Below, piece by piece: positions 1-6,345 of a stretch of 51,483 bases of DNA. A program made the position numbers and the translations under genes. The stretch spans positions 1 through 51,483 of the forward strand of contig DATGVR010000042.1 of assembly GCA_035300255.1 (NCBI GenBank). Direction: 5' to 3'. Every line of letters starts with the position of its first letter. Position 1 is the stretch's first letter. Source of the DNA: Nitrososphaerales archaeon. GTDB lineage: Archaea > Thermoproteota > Nitrososphaeria > Nitrososphaerales > Gagatemarchaeaceae. Under the pieces are notes generated by a model. That model saw only the letters and a list, made by a program, of their open reading frames with translations. It was not told the DNA's origin and made no database searches.

Positions 1-369
1 GCAGTTTTGGCTCTGGCAAAGGGGAAGCCCATACCATCAATGGCGAGTCTCGAAGCCTCTCCTGAGGCCTACTTGTTGGGCCTCCTGGACACCGTGGGCG
101 AGTTGAAAAGGCTGGTACTCGACTCCATCCTGCAGAGGAGGCCTGCCAAGTCGAAACGATACTTCGAGGTCATGCAGGACCTCTACTCGATTTGCTCGCC
201 TCTAGCGGTCTACGACCACGTTGTGAACGGGGCAAGACGAAAGATCGATGTCGCAAGAATGCTGGTGGAAGACACGAGGGGGCTCCTAGCCGAGGAGATG
301 GGGCGAGAATCGGTGAGCAACTCGATGGCCCGCCTCGAAAGAAGACTCGACGAAAGAAAGAAGGGCTAA
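1..369 (+). CDS. translin-family protein, C-terminal part (5' end lies outside the window)
   Basis: Frame is open from nt 1 to TAA 367-369. EAYLLGLLDTVGELKRLVL and ARRKIDVARMLVEDTRG resemble C-terminal helices of translin-like proteins. Family call is by eye only. Confidence 0.5.
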   Translation, partial: AVLALAKGKPIPSMASLEASPEAYLLGLLDTVGELKRLVLDSILQRRPAKSKRYFEVMQDLYSICSPLAVYDHVVNGARRKIDVARMLVEDTRGLLAEEMGRESVSNSMARLERRLDERKKG

Positions 370-965
370 AGCTCCTTCAGAAGATTGCTCGTCTTCAGCC
401 TCGGATAGGGCGAGTCGAGCCTGACCACCTTGACCTTCATTCCCCTGCTGCGAGCTTCTTTGAGTACTTCCTTTTCCATGTGGTATTGGTCGTACCCAAG
501 GGCCACTATGTCGGGCCCTACCTTCTGCAATGTCACATAGATGTCTCCTTGGACGCCCAAAATGGCGGCATCCACCTTCTTCAGGGAGGACAGCAGTTTT
601 ACCCTGTCCTTTTCATTTACCAGCGGTTCTCTTTTTTTCCTTCGGCGTATTGTGCTATCCCTTGCGACGGAGACCACGAGAACGTCCCCGAGGCTCTTCG
701 CCTTGTCTATGGTGTAGACGTGCCCGTAGTGTATCACCTCGAAGCCCCCGCCGATGAAGACAACCTTGATTGAACTCCTTCCCCTAGAGGTAAGCTCCAG
801 CTTGTCGCTGTGGTATGTCGCCAGCCCTTGGTTGACCAGTCCGATGATTTCCTTTTCAGCCTCCTTGGGGCGAAGCCCGAGTCGATGGCCTATCGTACTG
901 GCGTTGGTCTCTTCCCCTTCAATTCCAAGGGAAAATACTGCTGCAAGGACTCTCTTTCTTTCCAT
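366..965 (-). CDS. ribL: FAD synthase (RibL-type cytidylyltransferase fold) with ~65-aa N-terminal winged-helix-like extension
   Basis: GGGFEVIHYGH nucleotidyltransferase signature, then LVVSVARDSTIRRRKKREPLVNEKDR and VDAAILG as in archaeal RibL. ATG 965 lies 3 nt after the dphB stop. Confidence 0.7.
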   Translation of the reverse strand: MERKRVLAAVFSLGIEGEETNASTIGHRLGLRPKEAEKEIIGLVNQGLATYHSDKLELTSRGRSSIKVVFIGGGFEVIHYGHVYTIDKAKSLGDVLVVSVARDSTIRRRKKREPLVNEKDRVKLLSSLKKVDAAILGVQGDIYVTLQKVGPDIVALGYDQYHMEKEVLKEARSRGMKVKVVRLDSPYPRLKTSNLLKEL

Positions 966-968
966 TCT

Positions 969-2009
969 TCACCAGTCTATCCTAACAACACCTGCGAATG
1001 ACAGAGAGTCCAAGAGCCCCTCGGCGTAACCAACGCTGAGCATCGCCATCTCATCCTCTCCGTTCGCAAGAAAACTCTCGGCGTCTTTCATGTACAATTC
1101 GGCGTTCTCTACCACATGCTCGTATTGGGGGCCAAGCTTACTTCTTACCGATTCGAGCGCCCGCCGGGTCTTCGCGATATACTTCGGGACCAAAGTCTGA
1201 GCAGTTCGCAGCACAACCTCAGAGTTACTGCGTGTCTGAGATTCATCAATCGAGAAGATCGCAGCCACAGCTTCCGATTCTGTGAAATGAAGCTTCCCCG
1301 GGACTACGAGGCAGTGAGGGGGCTCGCCGTAGCTATTCTTAGAGAGTTCCGAAAAGCTCCCTGCGGAGAAGTTCGAATCCCCGCGCCCAAGCCTCGATAC
1401 CACGAGCGCGAAGGTGCGATCGCTAACTACTCCGCGTTTGAAGTTACCCTCGGCGAGGAGAAGACCCGCCATTGCATCGGCGGGAGTTACGCCCTCGCCT
1501 GATTTGATGTCGTACTCGAGGAGGAGGAGGGTATGCGCCCCTTCAAGCAGGTTTTCGTGCAAAATATGGTAGGCTTGGGTAAGTCTTCCGACCGACTCCC
1601 TGGTGATTGTCACAGTTCTCGAGAACTTGTAGGAGTGCAGGCCTGAAGCGCTCGCGGCTGCGGATGCAATGGTGGCTCCGTGAACCACTCTGGTTTCAAT
1701 GCCCTGCCTGATTGCCCTGGCGCGCAACTCATCATGAGTGGTTGCAATCATCGGGTCGCCCAGGACAGCCAGAGCCACTTTCTTCTTGGATGCCTCTTCG
1801 AGGATCCTTGTACCGTCTTCGACGAATTCTCTATCCACGATGGTCAGGCTCTTTCCCAGGACTCTTTCCAGTTCCTTGAGAAGGCTAGGCTCATGGGGTG
1901 TCGTGTAGTATTCGAGATAGATGGCATTTGCAGATTTCAATTCCTCAACGCCTTCGAGGCTCACTCCTCTTGGTCCGAGTCCAAGGCCCACGAAACTGAG
2001 GCGACCCAT
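969..2009 (-). CDS. dphB: diphthine synthase with C-terminal DUF357-like domain
   Basis: LSFVGLGLG, YLEYYT, LGDPMIATTH and GLHSYKFSRTVTI are typical of Dph5/DphB. The last ~85 aa (AELYMKDAESFLANGEDEMAMLSVGYAEGLLDSL) look like DUF357. Confidence 0.85.
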   Translation of the reverse strand: MGRLSFVGLGLGPRGVSLEGVEELKSANAIYLEYYTTPHEPSLLKELERVLGKSLTIVDREFVEDGTRILEEASKKKVALAVLGDPMIATTHDELRARAIRQGIETRVVHGATIASAAASASGLHSYKFSRTVTITRESVGRLTQAYHILHENLLEGAHTLLLLEYDIKSGEGVTPADAMAGLLLAEGNFKRGVVSDRTFALVVSRLGRGDSNFSAGSFSELSKNSYGEPPHCLVVPGKLHFTESEAVAAIFSIDESQTRSNSEVVLRTAQTLVPKYIAKTRRALESVRSKLGPQYEHVVENAELYMKDAESFLANGEDEMAMLSVGYAEGLLDSLSFAGVVRIDW

Positions 2010-2029
2010 TTTGCGTTCGGTCTGTAGTT

Positions 2030-2052
2030 TTCCTGATATATCAATTCAGGAA
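2030..2052 (-). promoter_or_regulatory. TATA-like element flanked by a 7-bp inverted repeat, upstream of dphB
   Basis: TTCCTGA-TATATCAAT-TCAGGAA. The AT-rich core lies ~27-32 nt upstream of ATG 2009, consistent with a leaderless transcript. Confidence 0.4.
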
Positions 2053-2177
2053 ATCGAGTCCCGAAGCATTATCGCCGAACTTCTGTAAGATACACAAATC
2101 GAGATAGAACAGTTTCATGGAACTCCCCTTCAAAGACTGATCCATTGGTCGATCCCCTAAAATAGAATCACTCATTA

Positions 2178-2822
2178 TTGAAATTCGTGAAGGACTTGCT
2201 CCTTACTCCTGTGCTGGCCGAGGTAATAGGGCTCAATTTGTGAGATGGTTGCGTATCTTGCTCCCAGTCGCAGGGACACCCCTACTTTCAAGTTGCATTT
2301 ACGGCAGGTCCCGACGAGTTTTGGTACTACCATAGTTTTGTCCAGCCAACAATTGAGAAGGCCTTCTCAGTTGTGGGAAGGTTGTTTCTTAGAAATGACA
2401 ACACCACTAGGTATCACATACATGGAGCAAAATTCGCGAACTACTTGATTGGATTGGGACTTCCTATTGGAAAGAAGAGAGATGCTGAAATCCCCAGAGC
2501 CATCATTGAGCAGGGGCTCGTGGTGCCCTTCATTCGGGGTATCTATCATGCTGAAGGGTCGATATACAGGCGGTACTCCAAGATGTACAATCGCCACATT
2601 AGAGTCTACAGCAATCTATTGGTAATTCAAATTAGGATGAAATTGAAGACACTCATGAACCAGATTTGGACTGAACTTCTCAAACTTGGCATACTGACGA
2701 ACAGGCTAATCCACAAGGACGGGGTGTTCACGCTACGGATTACAGCTCAGAAAGAGATTGAGAAGTTTCTCCAGATCATAGAGCCAAGGTACAAATTGCG
2801 ATCTTCCCGAGTAATGCTTTAA
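2178..2822 (+). pseudogene. free-standing two-motif LAGLIDADG homing endonuclease gene interrupted by in-frame TGA (2241-2243)
   Basis: One frame is open 2166-2822 apart from TGA 2241. Motif 1 is VLAEVIGLNL*DGCVS, with the stop where the family has the Gly of G-D-G. Motif 2 is VVPFIRGIYHAEGSIY. Start is uncertain (TTG 2178, GTG 2187 or TTG 2196). The segment is AT-rich. Confidence 0.7.
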
Positions 2823-2823
2823 A
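2818..2823 (+). promoter_or_regulatory. TTTAAA box upstream of tRNA-Lys
   Basis: TTTAAA ends 26 nt before tRNA nt 1 (2849), which is typical archaeal TATA spacing. It overlaps the stop codon of the LAGLIDADG ORF. Confidence 0.45.
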
Positions 2824-2863
2824 CGGTCTCGGGGTCGCGGGACTACGAGGGCCCGTGGCTCAG

Positions 2864-2885
2864 TGCAGAAACAGTCTGCGAGAAG
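2864..2885 (+). other. tRNA-Lys intron 1 (22 nt, D loop)
   Basis: BHB-like fold: central helix CUC/GAG (plus a G.A), 3-nt bulges AGU and AGC, inner helix GCAGA/UCUGC with loop AACAG. Cuts after the 2nd bulge nucleotide give these boundaries. Confidence 0.65.
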
Positions 2886-2896
2886 CCAGGTTAGAG

Positions 2897-2911
2897 TGAC
2901 ACGTCCTAGAA
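2897..2911 (+). other. tRNA-Lys intron 2 (15 nt, 3' strand of D stem, position 24/25)
   Basis: BHB-like fold: central helix UUAG/CUAG (one G-U), bulges AGU and AAC, 2-bp inner helix with loop CACG. Removal joins GAG to C, giving a Watson-Crick D stem. Confidence 0.6.
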
Positions 2912-3048
2912 CGGCTGGCTCTTAACCAGCATGTCGTGGGTTCGAATCCCACCGGGCCCGCCTCATTGTCGAATGAATCTGTTCGATTGCTAAATTGCCT
3001 CAGCGGCTTGGTGGCGGAAGCGGAGAGCCGGCAAACACACTGTTTTTC

Positions 3049-3054
3049 TTTATA
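3049..3054 (+). promoter_or_regulatory. TTTATA box upstream of the HEAT-repeat gene
   Basis: TTTATA lies 27-32 nt upstream of ATG 3081. This supports ATG 3081 rather than GTG 3063 as the start. Confidence 0.4.
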
Positions 3055-3080
3055 GCCCTAGGGTGACGGCCCCTCCGCGA

Positions 3081-3590
3081 ATGTACACGACCACAGTCGT
3101 TGACGACGAGATTCATGCGATGGGGGTCATGAAAGAAATGGAGGGAGCCTGGGAGAAGAAGAACGAATCGTATTTTATCCACGTCCTGACGACCGAGCCC
3201 AGCCTGGTTCTGAGGGTCCACGCCGTGTGTATCTTGGCAGAGGTAGGGGGTGAAGAGTGTGTTCCAGTGCTCTCCGACGTCTTGCTTCATGACCCGGACC
3301 CTTTGGTGAGGCACGAGGCTGCTTTCTCGCTGGGGCAGATCGGTCTTGCAGAGGGGAATAAGGCACTGGCCGAGGCCGTCCTTAAGGACCAAGACCCGAT
3401 TGTGAGGCACGAATCAGCAGCTGCCCTTGGCTCGGTCGGGACCTTAGACTCGGAAGAAGTTCTGACCAGGGCGCTATCTGATGGGGACGAGCTTGTGAGG
3501 AATTCCGCGAAAGCCTCGCTCTTCAATATCAAGTTCCTCAAGAATTACTCGGACGGCTCCACCGCCAGGGAGCGGGCACCGAGGCCGTAG
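3081..3590 (+). CDS. small HEAT-repeat protein with two VRHE..LG motifs (deoxyhypusine hydroxylase-like half molecule)
   Basis: Four HEAT/PBS-lyase-like repeats. Repeats 2 and 3 read PLVRHEAAFSLGQIG and PIVRHESAAALGSVG. An alternative GTG start at 3063 is in frame. Confidence 0.75.
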   Translation: MYTTTVVDDEIHAMGVMKEMEGAWEKKNESYFIHVLTTEPSLVLRVHAVCILAEVGGEECVPVLSDVLLHDPDPLVRHEAAFSLGQIGLAEGNKALAEAVLKDQDPIVRHESAAALGSVGTLDSEEVLTRALSDGDELVRNSAKASLFNIKFLKNYSDGSTARERAPRP

Positions 3591-3616
3591 TCTCGAAGGC
3601 TTAAGACAAACGTGGA

Positions 3617-4381
3617 ATGGTGCCGGACGATTTGAGACTGTCTGGCAAGAGGGCACTTGTCACTGGCTCTTCGCAGGGCATAGGAGCCGAGATTGCTAGG
3701 GCCTTCGCCAAGGAAGGTGCGGTAGTGACCGTCAACCATCGCCCAGCCGCAAAGCACGTCGAACCGGTCGTCACTTCGATCCGGAAGGGAGGTGGGAAGG
3801 GCTTCGCCGTCCACTCCGATGTTTCGGACCCTGCGAGCGTCGCCCAGATGTTCTCCGAAATCAAGACTCGCCTGGGCGGTCTGGACATTCTAGTGAACAC
3901 CGCGGGGCTGTCTGACAAGAGGCTCTGGAATCTCGGCGTCGCCGAAACAAAACTGGACATGTGGAAAAGAGTCTTCGCCGTGGACGTTTTCGGGACCTTC
4001 CTCTGCACTCAGGGAGCAATCAAATTAATGAGGCACGGGTCTTCGGTGGTCAATGTCGCTTCGACGCCTGCCCTGGTTGGTGATACGGAAGGGCTGGTCT
4101 ACGCCTCGGCCAAGGGGGCTGTGATTTCAATGACGAGGACGCTTGCCAAGATGCTGGCGCCGAAGACACGGGTAAACTGCATGGCCTTCGGCTCGATGGA
4201 GACCACCTGGGTGGATTGGCTGAGCAAGGACCAGAAAGAATCCTACATGGCGGCGATACCTCTAAGGCGGTTCGGTACGCCGGCCGACGCAGCGAGCCTG
4301 GCTCTCTTTCTGGCCAGTGACGAATCCAGTTTCATGACCGGCCAGGTGATGGTGCTTGACGGCGGGGAAGTCATGCGCTAG
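3617..4381 (+). CDS. short-chain dehydrogenase/reductase (FabG-like)
   Basis: GKRALVTGSSQGIGAEIA Rossmann motif, NTAG, and the YASAKGAV catalytic Y-x3-K. Length is 254 aa. Confidence 0.85.
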   Translation: MVPDDLRLSGKRALVTGSSQGIGAEIARAFAKEGAVVTVNHRPAAKHVEPVVTSIRKGGGKGFAVHSDVSDPASVAQMFSEIKTRLGGLDILVNTAGLSDKRLWNLGVAETKLDMWKRVFAVDVFGTFLCTQGAIKLMRHGSSVVNVASTPALVGDTEGLVYASAKGAVISMTRTLAKMLAPKTRVNCMAFGSMETTWVDWLSKDQKESYMAAIPLRRFGTPADAASLALFLASDESSFMTGQVMVLDGGEVMR

Positions 4382-4398
4382 CGCAGGCTGCGAGAGCT

Positions 4399-4611
4399 CT
4401 ACTCTTCGGCGGCCTTGTACAGTCCTCCCTTCACTTCGATTTTTTCGAGGGCATCCTCGACTAGGTCTGATTCTCGGACGACTCCATTCTCAATCGTCTT
4501 TTTCCAGAGGTCGACGTAGATTTCCAGGCCTTCCTTGACTTGCTCCTCCCTGTCATTCTTGGTCTTCTCCAGTTCCGCGAGATACTCCCTCACATTCTTC
4601 CTCTGCGTCAT
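4399..4611 (-). CDS. 70-aa acidic hypothetical protein, translationally coupled to the upstream decarboxylase-family gene
   Basis: ATG 4611 overlaps the stop of the upstream gene (ATGA, 4608-4611). Composition is helical and charged. No family recognised. Confidence 0.5.
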   Translation of the reverse strand: MTQRKNVREYLAELEKTKNDREEQVKEGLEIYVDLWKKTIENGVVRESDLVEDALEKIEVKGGLYKAAEE

Positions 4612-5534
4612 AGTATCCTCGCCTCCCCGCCCACTCGCGAATAGTACGTCTTGTAACCGAGTTTCGTAACTGCGTCGAATACTTTCTTCTCGTCTCTCTC
4701 CGAGGTGTTGATGAAGACCGAAGGGCCGGTCTGCATAGAGTAGTATGCCTTTTTGCCGTCTTCACGAAGCTCTCTTACCTTTCGTATTATCCTCAGAGAA
4801 TCTTCGGTCATTATTATCAGCCCACTGTCGCCTGTCATGGTCAAGCTATGAAGCTCAAGGGTATCCTTTTCGGCCAATCTCCCTAGTAAATCCAAATCGT
4901 TCCCGAGGATTGCCTTCTCCATTTCTTCGCACCTGCGTTGTGCTGACTCAATGCGTGCCTTGAAAAAAGGAGACGTCAGCACCTCTCTGTGAGCATCTTC
5001 AGTCTTCACGCGCGAAGGAAGCGGTACGATGACCATCCGGAGGTCCATATCCCGGGAGTCTGCAAACTTCTTCGAGTAGGTGCTGTCATCGTCCTTTCCG
5101 GCGTAGAGCCTTGAGAATCCTCCGACCAAGGACCTCGAAGCCGAGGCCGCAAAAAGTCTAGCAGTCCTAGAAAGTGCAGTGAGGTCGGCCTCCTCCCCGA
5201 CCAGCAGCCTGTTGCAGAGCAACGTGAGCGCAGCCCCTGCTGAAGAAGAATACCCGATCCCCTTCGCCTTTCCAGGTGGCAAGTTTCGACTGTCTATCCT
5301 GATTTCGCCCACCTTCTTGGTGGGATTCAACGCCGCAACTACCTGCTGAAGTCTTGCATTCGCAGATTGGTTGGGCTTCCCATCGACAAACACACCACCC
5401 TTCTTCTGGTCCGTTATCTCGGCCTCGGTCTTCATCGATGTCGTGTTCACCGAGATACTGTCGTGATACGGCAGACGGAGTTGCCAATCCTTGAGCCCGT
5501 GGTATTTGACAAGGGCCTGCATAGTGAATGCCAC
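4608..5534 (-). CDS. GHMP-kinase-fold mevalonate (di)phosphate decarboxylase family protein, possibly phosphomevalonate decarboxylase
   Basis: N-terminal ALVKYHGLKDWQLRLPYHDSISV and the GIGYSSSAGAA ATP loop are typical of the MVD/PMD family. GTG 5534 is the first canonical start. Coding-like sequence continues upstream to CTG 5558. Confidence 0.75.
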   Translation of the reverse strand: MAFTMQALVKYHGLKDWQLRLPYHDSISVNTTSMKTEAEITDQKKGGVFVDGKPNQSANARLQQVVAALNPTKKVGEIRIDSRNLPPGKAKGIGYSSSAGAALTLLCNRLLVGEEADLTALSRTARLFAASASRSLVGGFSRLYAGKDDDSTYSKKFADSRDMDLRMVIVPLPSRVKTEDAHREVLTSPFFKARIESAQRRCEEMEKAILGNDLDLLGRLAEKDTLELHSLTMTGDSGLIIMTEDSLRIIRKVRELREDGKKAYYSMQTGPSVFINTSERDEKKVFDAVTKLGYKTYYSRVGGEARIL

Positions 5535-5554
5535 GGCCTTGTAGCTGCTCGTAC

Positions 5555-6013
5555 TCAGGCCACCTCTATCTCGAGCCTTCCGACTGTCCTGGGGTTCCTA
5601 AGAAGATTAACCACCTCCCTGGGGATATCTTTCGCGGCGGCATCCGCTCGAATTGCCAGAGTCCTATCGCTGATGAAATCGCTCCTCCGAATCACCATAT
5701 CGTGCTCGTGCGAAAGTTGGAGCCTAGGGTCCCCCGAGGCGCTAATTGAAAACGAGAGGGGTCCTACTAAAATCCTAAGTGTGACCATCGACCCTTTCCG
5801 TCTGAGGGCCTCTTTGACCCTCGCATCAAGACCAGCGCATCCCTTCGCCGCGCCCACTCCGACGATGCAATCCCCATTTTCTGTCAGAAATTCCTCGGTG
5901 GTAACTTCGATGGTCGTGGGATGCAGGGAACGGACCAACGGATGGCCCCGAAAGTTAACAGACTCAAGAAGGACTTCGCGGCCCGGGTGATGTCTCCGCT
6001 CAGCTTCAATCAA
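5555..6013 (-). CDS. DUF371-like protein
   Basis: FRGHPLVRSLHPTTIEVTTEEFLTENGDCIVGVGA resembles the archaeal DUF371 pattern (by eye). The start abuts the upstream gene with no gap. Confidence 0.5.
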   Translation of the reverse strand: MIEAERRHHPGREVLLESVNFRGHPLVRSLHPTTIEVTTEEFLTENGDCIVGVGAAKGCAGLDARVKEALRRKGSMVTLRILVGPLSFSISASGDPRLQLSHEHDMVIRRSDFISDRTLAIRADAAAKDIPREVVNLLRNPRTVGRLEIEVA

Positions 6014-6286
6014 TCAGACAGCCCCCTTAGGTTGAACCCCGTTGCAATGAGGGCATCGGTCTGAGGTAAGCGGAACAGGACTGGAGCAGTAAAGGCAAAA
6101 CCTGAACCCCTCTGGGGGGGTCAGCCGTCCCTGGGTCTCTGGCAAGAAGAAGCTCGCGATTATCATTATCGCTCCTCCTATCGCGAAGGGGATGCTCCAG
6201 AAGTAGATCAATGGGAGCTCCAAAACGTAGAAGCCAAGTCCCATGATCCCAACGAAAAGCCCCCCGACGAGGAGTTGCGGCCGCAT
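6014..6286 (-). CDS. small membrane protein (2 predicted TM helices) with C-terminal zinc ribbon
   Basis: Two hydrophobic stretches, then CLYC-x13-CPHC. First gene of the minus-strand operon 6286-4399. Confidence 0.55.
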   Translation of the reverse strand: MRPQLLVGGLFVGIMGLGFYVLELPLIYFWSIPFAIGGAIMIIASFFLPETQGRLTPPEGFRFCLYCSSPVPLTSDRCPHCNGVQPKGAV

Positions 6287-6309
6287 GCCACAAACCCGCC
6301 GATAACGCC

Positions 6310-6315
6310 TTTATA
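6310..6315. promoter_or_regulatory. single TATA element shared by divergent genes (starts 6286 minus, 6346 plus)
   Basis: CTTTATAG reads as TATAAA on the minus strand. It lies 24-29 nt from ATG 6286 and 31-36 nt from ATG 6346. Confidence 0.4.
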
Positions 6316-6345
6316 GTTTCGGCAGTCCGCCGGGTCTGGTTCGTG

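Larger units (their letters stand above)
2849..2960 (+). tRNA. tRNA-Lys (anticodon CUU) with two short introns
   Basis: Acceptor GGGCCCG/CGGGCCC, discriminator G. T arm GTGGG-TTCGAAT-CCCAC. Anticodon arm GCTGG-CTCTTAA-CCAGC. The D arm GCTC...GAGC is restored only after removing 2864-2885 and 2897-2911, giving a 75-nt mature RNA. CCA is not encoded. Confidence 0.85.

Noticed and set aside
2010-2240. Search for a direct repeat of the tRNA-Lys 3' end (att-like duplication) bounding the AT-rich LAGLIDADG island
   Set aside because: I saw no copy of the tRNA 3' half (GGTTCGAATCCCACCGGGCCC) or a long fragment of it upstream of the island. An integrase-type insertion is therefore not supported.
2241-2243. 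TGA in the LAGLIDADG gene as evidence for a TGA=Gly (or selenocysteine) genetic code
   Set aside because: Many conserved genes in this window terminate at TGA at the expected C-terminus (for example rpl5, rpl19e, rpl18, the MEMO-like gene, sufS). No other conserved gene contains an in-frame TGA. A single nonsense mutation explains it.
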